Positions 19,330 to 28,927 of a stretch of 63,343 bases of DNA are shown one piece after another. The stretch lies in contig PWYM01000058.1 in NCBI GenBank assembly GCA_003567855.1, forward strand, positions 1-63,343, written 5' to 3'. The position numbers and the translations under genes were made by a program. Position 1 is the first letter of the stretch. The number at the start of each line of letters is the position of its first letter. Under the pieces are notes generated by a model that worked only from the letters and a program-made list of their open reading frames with translations, had not been told where the DNA came from and did no database searches. This stretch comes from Gammaproteobacteria bacterium (lineage in GTDB: Bacteria > Pseudomonadota > Gammaproteobacteria > Steroidobacterales > PWYM01).

Positions 19330-21196
19330 GCAGGAACAGCGCGTCTAGCTCGCGCAGGCCCAGCTGCACCCAGGTCGGGCGGCCGTGATTGCACTGGTCG
19401 GCACGCTCGGTCGCTTCCATTGCCCGCAACAACGCGTTCATCTCGTCCCGCGTCAGTGCGCGGTTTGCACGCACGCTGCCGTGGCAGGCCATCGTCGACA
19501 GCAGCGCGTCGGACTCGGCCTCGAGACGCGCCGAACTGCCGTACTCGGCGAGATCGGACAGCACGTCGCGCACCAGCCCGGCGGCGTCGGCGCCCCGCAG
19601 CATCGCCGGCACCTGGCGGATCAGCAGCTTCTCCGGCGCGATACGGTCCACGTCGAAGCCCGCGCGCCGGAATACTTCGGCATGCGTCTCGGCGAGCTCC
19701 GCCTCCGCCGTCGCGACAGCGAGGGTCTCCGGCACCAGCAGCGGCTGGGCCTGCACGCGACCGTCGGACCATGCGCTCTTCAGGCGCTCGTAAGTGATGC
19801 GTTCGTGCGCGGCGTGCATGTCGACGAGTACGAGGCCGTCGCGGTTCTCGGCGAGGATGTAGATGCCACGCAGCTGCGCGAGCGCGTAGCCGAGCGGCGG
19901 AATGCCGTGGTCACCCGCCTCGCCGGTCGACCCGGCCGGCTCGGCGATGGCCGCGGCGGCACCCCCCCCGTGCCCTGCCCCGTCGCCGGCAAGCGCCTGC
20001 AGCCGTGCGACCGCCTCCATGCCGTCACCTGTCGGGCCACCGGCCGCGGCGGCGCCGAAACCCAGCCCCCCCTGCGCGTGCCTGGCCGCAGCACCCCCCG
20101 GGGGGCAGGCACCCATCGCGCCTGTACCCGCACCTCCGGCTGCGGACCACGCGCGATCCTCCCCAGGCTGCCCTTCGGCCATCGCGACGCCACCGGGGCG
20201 CGTCCCGGCCAGCGCGCGCTCCAGTGTACGCGCGACGAACTCGTGCACCGCGCGTCCGTCGCGAAAGCGCACCTCGTACTTCGCCGGATGCGCGTTGACG
20301 TCGACCCGCCGGGGATCGAGCTCGAGGAACAGCACGTAGGCCGGCTGCCGGTTCTGGTAGAGCACGTCGCGGTAGGCATGCCGCACCGCGTGGCCGATCA
20401 GCCGGTCACGCAGTGCGCGGCCGTTCAGGTAGAAGTACTGCTGGTCGGCCTGGCTGCGCGCGGCCGTCGGCAGTCCGATCCAGCCCCAGAGCCGCATGTC
20501 GCCGACGGCATGCTCGACGTAGAGGCACTGGGTCACGAAACGTTCGCCGCAGACCGCCGCGATGCGGCGCTCGCGATCGACGCGCGTGTGTCCGGCCGGC
20601 AGTTCGAGCACCGTGCGTCGGTTGTGCTCGAGCGTGATCGAAACATCAAAGCGCCCGAGCCCGATGCGCCGGACCATGCCGTCCACGTGGCCTTGTTCGG
20701 TGCGCTCGGTACGCAGGAATCGCCGCCGCGCGGGCGTGTTGTAGAACAGGTCGCGCACCTCGACGATGGTACCGGGCGGGTCCGGCGCCGGGCGTGGCCG
20801 CCCGATGTGTCCGCCGTCGGCCTCGATGCGCGTCGCTGCATCGTCACCGGCGCGACGCGACGTCAGCGCCAGCCGCGATACCGATGCGATGGACGGCAAC
20901 GCCTCGCCGCGGAAACCGAGCGAGCCGACGCGCTCGAGGTCATCGAGGCTGGCGATCTTGCTGGTCGCATGCCGGGCCAATGCGACCGCGAGCTCGTCGG
21001 GCGCGATCCCGGCGCCGTCGTCGGTGACCCGGATCAGTCGCGCCCCGCCCTGCTCGACCTGCACGCGCACCTTCTGTGCACCGGCATCGAGGCTGTTCTC
21101 GAGCAGCTCCTTGACGACCGACGCGGGCCGTTCGACGACTTCGCCCGCGGCGATCTGGTCGACGAGCTGGGCGGGGAGGGGGCGGATTGCGGGCAT
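19319..21196 (-). CDS. mutL: DNA mismatch repair endonuclease MutL
   Basis: IRPLPAQLVDQIAAGEVVERPASVVKELLENSLDAG, DDGAGI and a C-terminal dimerisation domain. Long Gly/Ala-rich linker. Confidence 0.95.
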   Translation of the reverse strand: MPAIRPLPAQLVDQIAAGEVVERPASVVKELLENSLDAGAQKVRVQVEQGGARLIRVTDDGAGIAPDELAVALARHATSKIASLDDLERVGSLGFRGEALPSIASVSRLALTSRRAGDDAATRIEADGGHIGRPRPAPDPPGTIVEVRDLFYNTPARRRFLRTERTEQGHVDGMVRRIGLGRFDVSITLEHNRRTVLELPAGHTRVDRERRIAAVCGERFVTQCLYVEHAVGDMRLWGWIGLPTAARSQADQQYFYLNGRALRDRLIGHAVRHAYRDVLYQNRQPAYVLFLELDPRRVDVNAHPAKYEVRFRDGRAVHEFVARTLERALAGTRPGGVAMAEGQPGEDRAWSAAGGAGTGAMGACPPGGAAARHAQGGLGFGAAAAGGPTGDGMEAVARLQALAGDGAGHGGGAAAAIAEPAGSTGEAGDHGIPPLGYALAQLRGIYILAENRDGLVLVDMHAAHERITYERLKSAWSDGRVQAQPLLVPETLAVATAEAELAETHAEVFRRAGFDVDRIAPEKLLIRQVPAMLRGADAAGLVRDVLSDLAEYGSSARLEAESDALLSTMACHGSVRANRALTRDEMNALLRAMEATERADQCNHGRPTWVQLGLRELDALFLRGR

Positions 21197-21246
21197 GCGC
21201 GCATTGTTCCAGATGCGCGCCTGTCACGAAACGGCGGCGGTGCCGA

Positions 21247-22569
21247 TCAGCCTCCGCTGCTGGTCGGAATCGTCAGCACCTGGCCGACCCGGATACGGTC
21301 ATCGGCGAGGTTGTTCTCGTTTCGCAGCGCCCCGAGGCTGACGTTGTGGCGGTTGGCGATACCGCTGAGCGTGTCACCGCGCGACACGACGTAGCGCCCC
21401 GGCTCGGACAGTCCCCGCTCGCGCATGCGGGCGATGTAGGTGTCACTGGGCGGGTTCTCGTGGAAATAACCGCGCACGCCGTTGAGCATCGCTCTCGCCA
21501 GCCGACGCTGGTGCGCACGGTCGGAAAGCCCGCGTTCCTCCTCGGGGTTGGAGATGTACGCGGTCTCGACGAGCAGCGACGGGATATCCGGTGATTTCAG
21601 CACGACGAAAGGCGCACGCTGAACGCTGTCGCGACGCATGCGCGTGACGCGGCCCATCTCGTTGATCAGCTGCTGGCCGACGCTCGCGCCCACTGACAGC
21701 GCCGCAGTCTGCGACAGGTCGAGCAGCACCGATGCGAGCATGTCGTCCTTGTCGGACAGCCGCACGCCGCCGACCAGGTCGGCGGCGTTCTCGCGCTCTG
21801 CCACGCGACGCGCGACCTCATCACTGGCGCCCCCCTGCGAAAGCATGTAGACGGTTGCGCCGCGTGCATTCTGGTTGAAATACGCATCGGCATGGATGGA
21901 CAGGAACAGGTCGGCCTGGGCTGCGCGCGCGCGCTCGATGCGCCCGCGCAGCGGGATGAAGTAGTCGCCGTCACGGATCAGCACCGGTCGCATGCCGGGC
22001 TCGTCTTCGACGAGCTTGGCGAGTTCGCGCGCAATCGCCAGCACGACGTCTTTCTCGCGCGTGCCGCCGCGGCCGATCGCGCCCGGGTCCTCGCCCCCAT
22101 GGCCGGCATCGATGGCGATCACGAGATCCCGCCCGCGGCCGTCATCGGCCCGGGCCCGGCGCACCGGCTCGCTACCGTTGCCGTTGCCGTTGCCGAGGTC
22201 GATAACGAGTCGGTGTCCGTAGGTCTCGTTCGGTGGCAGCAGGAAGCTGCTCGCCTGGACGCGGTCGGCCAGATCGAGCACCACGCGCAGCGTGCCGTCG
22301 CCCTGGCGGGCGCTTCGCACGCCGCTAACGGGACCGTCGCCGGACGGCAGACGGGTGCCCGACGCGAGCGAGCTGCCGGAGATGTCGATGACGACGCGGT
22401 GGGGATCGGCCAGCGTAAACAGCCGGTGCTCGGCCGGACGCGACAGGTCGAGCACCACGCGCGTGCCTTCCGGCCCGGCCCAGAGTCGCACGCCGTCCAC
22501 CTCGGCCGCCGGCGCGAGGGGGGCGACAAGTGCACACAGCGCGGCGATGAGCAACGCATACACACGCAT
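21247..22569 (-). CDS. amiB: N-acetylmuramoyl-L-alanine amidase (AMIN + Amidase_3 + C-terminal LysM)
   Basis: Signal peptide MRVYALLIAALCALVAP; amidase core IDAGHGGEDPGA...SIHADA; C-terminal LysM YVVSRGDTLSGIANRH. Symbol assigned from tsaE-amiB-mutL synteny. An alternative TTG start lies at 22584. Confidence 0.85.
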   Translation of the reverse strand: MRVYALLIAALCALVAPLAPAAEVDGVRLWAGPEGTRVVLDLSRPAEHRLFTLADPHRVVIDISGSSLASGTRLPSGDGPVSGVRSARQGDGTLRVVLDLADRVQASSFLLPPNETYGHRLVIDLGNGNGNGSEPVRRARADDGRGRDLVIAIDAGHGGEDPGAIGRGGTREKDVVLAIARELAKLVEDEPGMRPVLIRDGDYFIPLRGRIERARAAQADLFLSIHADAYFNQNARGATVYMLSQGGASDEVARRVAERENAADLVGGVRLSDKDDMLASVLLDLSQTAALSVGASVGQQLINEMGRVTRMRRDSVQRAPFVVLKSPDIPSLLVETAYISNPEEERGLSDRAHQRRLARAMLNGVRGYFHENPPSDTYIARMRERGLSEPGRYVVSRGDTLSGIANRHNVSLGALRNENNLADDRIRVGQVLTIPTSSGG

Positions 22570-22724
22570 GTTCGCAGGCCCCAATGATCCCCAGTCTGCG
22601 ACGAAGTCTCGCAGCGGACTGCTGCGAGGTCAAGAAATTCAGTCACAACATGGAGATATGATTACTACTTGAGGATGAGGTCGAGACCCTGAACCAAGCC
22701 TGAACGACGCCCGCCGCGACGCGC

Positions 22725-23171
22725 TCAGGCGTGCGTCAGGCCGGCAGGGTCGGCGATGGCCACCTGCCGGCTGTCCCCGGTGACCTCGATGTGGATCACG
22801 AGGTCGGCGCGCCCCTCCAGCGCGGGGACGCGATCAGGCCATTCGATCAGCAGCAGTCCCGGATCGCCCAGCCAGTCGCGCCAGCCGAGAAACTCGAGTT
22901 CGTCGGGATCGGCCAGTCGGTAAAGGTCCAGGTGGGTGACGCGTGGGCCGTGCGGGAGCGCGTAAGTTTCGGCAAGCGTGTAGGTCGGACTCGGTACCCG
23001 ATCACGATAGCCGAGCGCCTGGAGCAGTCCGCGCACGAACGTCGTCTTGCCCGCGCCCAGCGGGCCATGCAGCAACACCACGAGCGTGCGTTCGCGGGCA
23101 GGACCGGCAAGGACGGCGCCGATGCGGGCGCCGAGCGCGCGCATCGCGCTGTCATCGGCGACGCTCAGCAT
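22725..23171 (-). CDS. tsaE: tRNA t6A37 biosynthesis ATPase TsaE
   Basis: LHGPLGAGKTTFVRGL followed by SPTYTL. 148 aa. In the nnr-tsaE-amiB order. Confidence 0.85.
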   Translation of the reverse strand: MLSVADDSAMRALGARIGAVLAGPARERTLVVLLHGPLGAGKTTFVRGLLQALGYRDRVPSPTYTLAETYALPHGPRVTHLDLYRLADPDELEFLGWRDWLGDPGLLLIEWPDRVPALEGRADLVIHIEVTGDSRQVAIADPAGLTHA

Positions 23172-24676
23172 CGATGGTTCACCAGCGCGCGGATCGCCGG
23201 CATCAGGTCACCGGCGAGCAGCCCCCGCTCACCCGCATCGGTGGCCACAAGATCAGCTGCCCTGGCATGCAGGAGTACGCCGCAGGCCGCCGCGTCGAGA
23301 GGGTCGGAGATGACGGCGCGGAGTGCGGCGATCATGCCGGTCAGCACGTCGCCGGTACCGGCGCTCGCAAGACCGGGGTTGCCCTCGTCGCAGACCCACG
23401 GAAGTATCGCGCGGCTGCCAACGAGACTGCCGGCGCCCTTGAGCACCGCGACGCCGCCGTAACGCTCGAGCAGCGCGGCCAGTGCGGCAGGACGGTCCGC
23501 CTGCACCTGCGACACGTCGCACTCCAGCAACCGGGCGGCCTCGCCGGGGTGCGGTGTGACGATGCGCTGGTCACTGCGCGACGGCCGGGCCGCGAGCAGG
23601 TTGAGTGCATCGGCATCGAGGACCATCGGACGATCGGCCGCGACCGCGCGCGCCCATACGCGCTGCGCCCAGTCATCGCGACCGAGCCCGGGCCCGACCG
23701 CGACGACATCGGCGGCGTCGGCAAGCGCCGTCAGCACTGACAGCCCGTCCCGATCGGCGTCGATGCCGTGACAGATGATTTCGGGGCGGGCGGCGACGAT
23801 CGCCGCCACGTGTTCGGGCCGTGTCGCGACCGTCACCAGCCCGGCGCCGGTGCGAAGCGCAGCCTCGGCGGCTAGCCGTGCCGCACCCGGCATCCCGCGA
23901 CCACCGCCGACGATCAGGATCCGGCCGTGGCGCCCCTTGTGTGAATCCCGCGCCCGCGGCGGCAGCCACGCGGCGAGAGATGCCGCACCGAGGCGACGGG
24001 CCACCGGCGCCGGTGCACCCGCCGGCGCCGGACCGTCGACCAGCGGCGCGAATTCAAGGTGCCCGACATGGTCGCGCGCCGGACCCAGAAACAGGCCGAT
24101 TTTCAGCGCGATGAACGTCACCGTGAGATCGGCGCGAACCGCATCCCCGAGCACCGCACCGGTGTCGGCGTGGAGACCGGTCGGGACGTCGACCGCAAGG
24201 CAGGGCGCCGGCGAGTCGTTCATCCGGGCGACCGCGCGCGCATAGTCGCCGGACAGCGGGCGATCCAGGCCGGTACCAAGCAGCGCATCTACCTCGACGT
24301 CCACACCCGCGTCGTCGGCGCCGTCGAGCCTGTCATCGGCGCTGCGGATTCTGCCGCCGGCCGCGCACCAGTCGTCCCGGGCGCGCGCGGCGGCACCGTG
24401 CAGGCGATCGGGCGGGCCGACCGCAATTACGCTGACGGCCAGCCCGGAGGCGGCAGCCAACCGCGCGATCACGTAGCCGTCGCCGGCATTGTTGCCGGCA
24501 CCGCACCAGATACGCAGGTGCCTCGCGCGCGGCCAGCGCTCGCGCAGCCCGGCTAGCGCCGCGGCGCCGGCGCGACCCATCAGCGTGTAACCGTCGACCT
24601 GCCGGGCGTCCATCACCGCGCGGTCGAAGGCCCGACAGCCCTCGGCATCGAACAGCTCGGCTGGGAGTCGTTGCAT
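23165..24676 (-). CDS. nnr: bifunctional NAD(P)H-hydrate repair enzyme Nnr (epimerase + ADP-dependent dehydratase)
   Basis: YjeF N-terminal domain (CGAGNNAGDGYV) and C-terminal carbohydrate-kinase domain (KGRHGRILIVGG, GTGDVLTG). ATG at 24676; the track ORF is over-extended to 24889. Confidence 0.85.
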   Translation of the reverse strand: MQRLPAELFDAEGCRAFDRAVMDARQVDGYTLMGRAGAAALAGLRERWPRARHLRIWCGAGNNAGDGYVIARLAAASGLAVSVIAVGPPDRLHGAAARARDDWCAAGGRIRSADDRLDGADDAGVDVEVDALLGTGLDRPLSGDYARAVARMNDSPAPCLAVDVPTGLHADTGAVLGDAVRADLTVTFIALKIGLFLGPARDHVGHLEFAPLVDGPAPAGAPAPVARRLGAASLAAWLPPRARDSHKGRHGRILIVGGGRGMPGAARLAAEAALRTGAGLVTVATRPEHVAAIVAARPEIICHGIDADRDGLSVLTALADAADVVAVGPGLGRDDWAQRVWARAVAADRPMVLDADALNLLAARPSRSDQRIVTPHPGEAARLLECDVSQVQADRPAALAALLERYGGVAVLKGAGSLVGSRAILPWVCDEGNPGLASAGTGDVLTGMIAALRAVISDPLDAAACGVLLHARAADLVATDAGERGLLAGDLMPAIRALVNHRC

Positions 24677-24719
24677 GGGCCACAGTATACTCAACGCACA
24701 TGTGCCGCCCTTCCCCGCC

Positions 24720-25796
24720 ATGACCCCGCAGCCCGCACCGCAACACCCGCGCACGCGCGACGTCATTGCCTTCATCCGCGAGCAGGCCACGGAACTGGGC
24801 TTCCAGCAGGCCGGCGTGACCCACACGAAGCTCGACGAGGATGAACGCCACCTGCAGCGCTGGGTCGCACTCGGCCGGCATGGACGCATGGACTACATGG
24901 CGCGGCACGGTACGCGCCGCACGCGCCCGGCGGAGCTCGTGCCGGGTACCGTCAGCGTCATTTCGGTCCGGATGGATTACTGGCCGGCAGGCGGCACCGA
25001 CCCCTGGGCACTGCTCGCCGATGGCCGGCGCGGGTACATCTCGCGCTATGCGCTGGGACGCGACTACCACAAGCTGATGCGTCGACGTCTGCAACGCCTC
25101 GCCGACGCGCTTACCGAGCGTATCGGCCCGTTCGGTTACCGCGTCTTCGTCGACAGTGCACCGGTCCTCGAAAAGGCACTGGCCCGCAACGCCGGGCTCG
25201 GCTGGATCGGCAAGCACACCAATCTCATCAACCGGCACGCGGGCTCGTGGTTCTTCCTCGGCGAGATCTACACCGACCTGCCCCTGCCGGTCGACGCACC
25301 GGCCAGCGCGCACTGCGGCACCTGCACCGCGTGCCTGGACATCTGCCCGACGCGCGCGATCGTCGCACCCTACGAACTCGACGCGAGGCTGTGCATCGCC
25401 TACCTCACGATCGAGAACCCGGGCCCGATTCCCGAGGCGCTGCGCCCAGCCATCGGCAACCGCATCTACGGCTGCGACGACTGCCAGCTCATCTGCCCGT
25501 GGAACAAGTTCGCGGCCGACACGCGTGAGCCAGGCTTCGAGCCCCGCGAGTCGCTCGATGGCGCCACGCTCGCCGAGTATTTCGCGTGGACAGAGGACGA
25601 GTGGGATGAGCGCACGCGCGGCAGCGCGATCCGCCGCATCGGCTACCGCGGCTGGCTGCGCAACATTGCCGTCGCGCTCGGCAACGCCCCCACGGACGGC
25701 ACGATCACCGCCGCGCTGCGCACGCGCGCGCAGTCGCCGGACACGCTGGTGCGCGAGCACGTGCAGTGGGCGCTGGCCCGACACGGTGCGGCGTGA
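24720..25796 (+). CDS. queG: epoxyqueuosine reductase QueG
   Basis: 4Fe-4S motifs CGTCTACLDICPT and CDDCQLICPWN, with C-terminal HEAT-like repeats. Start could instead be 24675. A TATACT box at 24686-24691 favours 24720. Confidence 0.85.
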   Translation: MTPQPAPQHPRTRDVIAFIREQATELGFQQAGVTHTKLDEDERHLQRWVALGRHGRMDYMARHGTRRTRPAELVPGTVSVISVRMDYWPAGGTDPWALLADGRRGYISRYALGRDYHKLMRRRLQRLADALTERIGPFGYRVFVDSAPVLEKALARNAGLGWIGKHTNLINRHAGSWFFLGEIYTDLPLPVDAPASAHCGTCTACLDICPTRAIVAPYELDARLCIAYLTIENPGPIPEALRPAIGNRIYGCDDCQLICPWNKFAADTREPGFEPRESLDGATLAEYFAWTEDEWDERTRGSAIRRIGYRGWLRNIAVALGNAPTDGTITAALRTRAQSPDTLVREHVQWALARHGAA

Positions 25797-26665
25797 TGTT
25801 CGAAGCGCCCCCGCACCGCTACCTGGTCGGACCGGACTTCGAGCTGGCGCGCGCACCGACGACGCCGCCGGATGACGCCCCTGACCGCCGCAAGCTTCGC
25901 ACCCTGCTGCGCAACCAGACGCGCAGGCTCGCCGAACTGCAGCGACGCATGTATGCCGAGGACCGCCGCGCGGTGCTGCTGGTCTTCCAGGGCCTGGATG
26001 CCGCGGGCAAGGACGGGACGATCCGCGCGGTGTTGAGCGGACTCAACCCGGCGGGCTGCTCGGTCTGGAGTTTCGGGCCGCCGTCGAGCCTCGAACTCGA
26101 CCACGACTTCCTGTGGCGCACGACACTGCGCCTGCCGGAACGTGGCCATATCGGAGTGTTCAACCGCAGCTACTACGAGGAGGTCGCCACCGTGCGCGTA
26201 CACTGGCGGCTGCTCGAAGGCCAGCGGCTGCCCGACGACACGACCGGGACCGACGCGTTCTGGGCGCGTCGGCTGCATTCGATCACCGAACACGAACTGC
26301 ACCTGGCGCGCAACGGCACGACGATTCTCAAGTTCTTTCTGAACGTGTCGCGCGATGCACAGCGCGAGCGCCTGCTGCGTCGGCTGAAGGAAAGCAAGCG
26401 GCACTGGAAATTCTCAATGGCCGACATTGAAAGCCGCGAACGCTGGGACGACTACCACGCCGCCTACGAGGCCGCACTGGTCGCGACGTCCCGCCCGTGG
26501 GCCCCGTGGTATGCCATACCGGCCGACGACAAGCCATGGATGCGTCAGCAGGTTTCGAGGCTGCTGCTCGACGCGATGAAGGCATTGAAACCGCGCTACC
26601 CGGAACCCGACACCGATTCCAGCGATCGCTTGGAAGCGCTGCGCCGACTGCTGGAGCACGATTGA
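25796..26665 (+). CDS. polyphosphate kinase 2 (PPK2) family phosphotransferase
   Basis: Single PPK2 domain with Walker-A-like FQGLDAAGKDGT, plus FNRSYYE and lid-region motifs. The ATG shares one base with the queG TGA (TGATG). Confidence 0.8.
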   Translation: MFEAPPHRYLVGPDFELARAPTTPPDDAPDRRKLRTLLRNQTRRLAELQRRMYAEDRRAVLLVFQGLDAAGKDGTIRAVLSGLNPAGCSVWSFGPPSSLELDHDFLWRTTLRLPERGHIGVFNRSYYEEVATVRVHWRLLEGQRLPDDTTGTDAFWARRLHSITEHELHLARNGTTILKFFLNVSRDAQRERLLRRLKESKRHWKFSMADIESRERWDDYHAAYEAALVATSRPWAPWYAIPADDKPWMRQQVSRLLLDAMKALKPRYPEPDTDSSDRLEALRRLLEHD

Positions 26666-26677
26666 TGCGAGCCGCGC

Positions 26678-27058
26678 TCAGGCGGCCTGCACCGGGATCG
26701 CGTTGCTGCTGCGCGTGATGCGGTTGTGCTCGTCGAGGTAGACGAGCGACGGAGTGTGCTGCGCAAGTTCGGCGGCCTCGTACTGGGCGTACGCGCAGAT
26801 GATGATCCGGTCACCCGGCTTCGCCTTGTGGGCGGCGGCACCGTTGATGGAAATCACGCGGGAGCCCCGTTCGGCGCGGATCACGTAGGTCGTGAAGCGC
26901 TCGCCGTTGGCCACGTTGTAGATCTGTATCTGCTCGTATTCGCGGATGCCGGAGGCATCGAGCAGGTCATCGTCAATGGCGCATGAGCCCTCGTAGTCGA
27001 GTTCGGCATGCGTGACGCAGGCGCGGTGCAGCTTGGCCTTGAGCATCGTGGTGTACAC
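26678..27058 (-). CDS. panD: aspartate 1-decarboxylase
   Basis: [25 protein letters not shown] includes the Gly-Ser pyruvoyl cleavage site. 126 aa. Confidence 0.95.
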   Translation of the reverse strand: MYTTMLKAKLHRACVTHAELDYEGSCAIDDDLLDASGIREYEQIQIYNVANGERFTTYVIRAERGSRVISINGAAAHKAKPGDRIIICAYAQYEAAELAQHTPSLVYLDEHNRITRSSNAIPVQAA

Positions 27059-27190
27059 GTCGCGGTCCCTCGGGTCGGCGATTGTTGTAGACGGGCGCGG
27101 CGGCGGATGCGCGGCCGCAAGCCCTGCCGGTGGCGACTCCGCCGGCGCGCGGACCCCGCTCCGTAGGCATCCGCGGAGCGGATTCTACCA

Positions 27191-28036
27191 TCAGTCGACG
27201 ATCAGGTTGTCTATCAGTCGGGTACCGGCCAGGCGCGCTGCGCCGAGGACCACCAGCGGCCGGGCTTCGGGCCAGGCCGGCGCAAGGGTGTCCACGCAGC
27301 GGACCTCAACGTAGTCAGGTTCGAGACCGGCGTTGCGCAGCTGCGCCCGGGCCTGCGCGGCGAGTGCATCGAACGCCCCTTCACCGGCGGCGATCGCGTC
27401 GGCGACCCCGCGCAGGGCACGGTGCAACGCCGGCGCCCGCGCACGCGCTTCGGGGTCGAGGTAGCGGTTGCGGGACGAGCGCGCGAGACCGTCGGTCTCG
27501 CGGCTGATCGGCGCAGCCTCGATGTCCACGGACAGGCACAGGTCACGGACCAGCCGGCGAATCAGGAACAGCTGCTGGAAGTCCTTCTGCCCGAATACGG
27601 CCACGTCGGGCTGCGCCATGTTCAGCAGTCTCAGTACCACCGTCGCGACACCGTCGAAGTGCCCGGGGCGGTGCGCCCCGCAGAGGATTGCGCCGACCTC
27701 GGGGACCGAGACCCGGGTCGCGCCATCGGCGCCGTACGGATACATCGCGTCGACCCCAGGAAGGAACAGCGCATCGACGCCTTCGGCCGCGAGCCGGGCG
27801 CGGTCCTCCTCAGGCGTGCGGGGGTAGCGGTCGAAGTCCTCGCCGGGACCGAACTGCGTGGGGTTGACGAAGATGCTGCAGACCACCCGCTCGGCATGGG
27901 CGCGCGCGAGGCGCACCAGCGCGAGGTGGCCCTCGTGCAGATTACCCATCGTCGGGACCAGCGCCACGCGCTGGCGGTCTTCACGCCAGCGCGCGACCAG
28001 CCCACGCAGGGCCGCAACCGTCTCGCAAGTCTGCAT
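27191..28036 (-). CDS. panC: pantoate--beta-alanine ligase
   Basis: VPTMGNLHEGHLALV (HIGH-type motif). 281 aa. Downstream of panB. Confidence 0.95.
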   Translation of the reverse strand: MQTCETVAALRGLVARWREDRQRVALVPTMGNLHEGHLALVRLARAHAERVVCSIFVNPTQFGPGEDFDRYPRTPEEDRARLAAEGVDALFLPGVDAMYPYGADGATRVSVPEVGAILCGAHRPGHFDGVATVVLRLLNMAQPDVAVFGQKDFQQLFLIRRLVRDLCLSVDIEAAPISRETDGLARSSRNRYLDPEARARAPALHRALRGVADAIAAGEGAFDALAAQARAQLRNAGLEPDYVEVRCVDTLAPAWPEARPLVVLGAARLAGTRLIDNLIVD

Positions 28037-28064
28037 CAGGCCGTCGCGTGTAGACCGGGGGTCG

Positions 28065-28895
28065 TCATGAGAAGCAGTGCTCGGGCGCTGGGTACTCGCG
28101 CTGCTTGACCGCGTGCACGTAGGCTTCTATCGCCGCACGCGGCGAGCCGGCGCCGGTCATGAAGTCACGGACGAAGCGTGGTTTGCGCCCCTGCGTGATC
28201 TCAAGTATGTCGTAGAGGACGAGGATCTGTCCGTCCACTTCCGGGCCGGCACCGATGCCGATCACGGGCACCTCGAGCTCGGCGGTGATGCGCGCACCGA
28301 CCTCGTTGGGTACGCACTCGAGCAGCACGATGTCGGCACCCGCCTCCTGAAGGCTGCGGGCGTCGTCGAGCATGCGCTGCGCCACGGTCTGCTCGCGGCC
28401 CTGCACGCGGAAGCCGCCGATCTTGTGCACCGACTGCGGCTTCAGTCCGAGGTGCGCACAGACCGGAATGTCGTGGCGTGCAAGGTGGCGCACGATTTCT
28501 ACCTGTCCGGCGCCGCCCTCGAGCTTGACCATCATCGCACCACCTTCCTGCATCAGCCGCACGGCGTTCTGCAGCGCCTGGTCGGGTGCGGTATAGCTCA
28601 TGAAGGGCATATCGGCCATGAGGAAGGCCCGGCGCAGGCGCCGTGCCACATGGCGGCTGTGGTAGATCACGTCGTCGACGGTGACTGGCACGGTGGTGTC
28701 GTGCCCCTGGATGACCATGCCGAGCGAGTCGCCGACAAGGATCACGTCGGTGCCCGAGGCGTCCACGAGCATCGCAAAACTCGCATCGTAGGCGGTGAGG
28801 CAGGCGATGGGCTCGCGCTCGTTTTTCATGCGACGCAGCGCGGTGACGTTGACCGGTGGCGAGTCCATCTCGCGCTGCTCGAGCTGCGTGTACAT
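28065..28895 (-). CDS. panB: 3-methyl-2-oxobutanoate hydroxymethyltransferase
   Basis: LTAYDASFA..., VGDSLGMV and KLEGG motifs. 276 aa. Confidence 0.95.
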   Translation of the reverse strand: MYTQLEQREMDSPPVNVTALRRMKNEREPIACLTAYDASFAMLVDASGTDVILVGDSLGMVIQGHDTTVPVTVDDVIYHSRHVARRLRRAFLMADMPFMSYTAPDQALQNAVRLMQEGGAMMVKLEGGAGQVEIVRHLARHDIPVCAHLGLKPQSVHKIGGFRVQGREQTVAQRMLDDARSLQEAGADIVLLECVPNEVGARITAELEVPVIGIGAGPEVDGQILVLYDILEITQGRKPRFVRDFMTGAGSPRAAIEAYVHAVKQREYPAPEHCFS

Positions 28896-28927
28896 TCGGC
28901 TCCCTCCGCTGATACAGGTGCAGGCGT

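Noticed and set aside
19385-21394. 669-aa plus-strand ORF opposite mutL. Similar cases are 3..1046 (+) opposite radA, 10536..11984 (+) opposite rnr, 34103..35659 (-) opposite the S9 peptidase and 42523..44028 (+) opposite the SSS gene.
   Set aside because: For the two I phase-checked (mutL and radA) the ORFs are codon-aligned antisense shadows. The true genes on the opposite strand carry clear family motifs, while the shadow products are compositionally biased and motif-free. I did not phase-check the other three and reject them by analogy.
22175-22192. Perfect (ccgttg)x3 microsatellite. I considered it as a repeat array or phase-variation tract.
   Set aside because: It lies in frame inside amiB and encodes a GNGNGN linker between the AMIN and amidase domains. 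With three hexamer copies, slippage would remain in frame. It is not a CRISPR or regulatory repeat.
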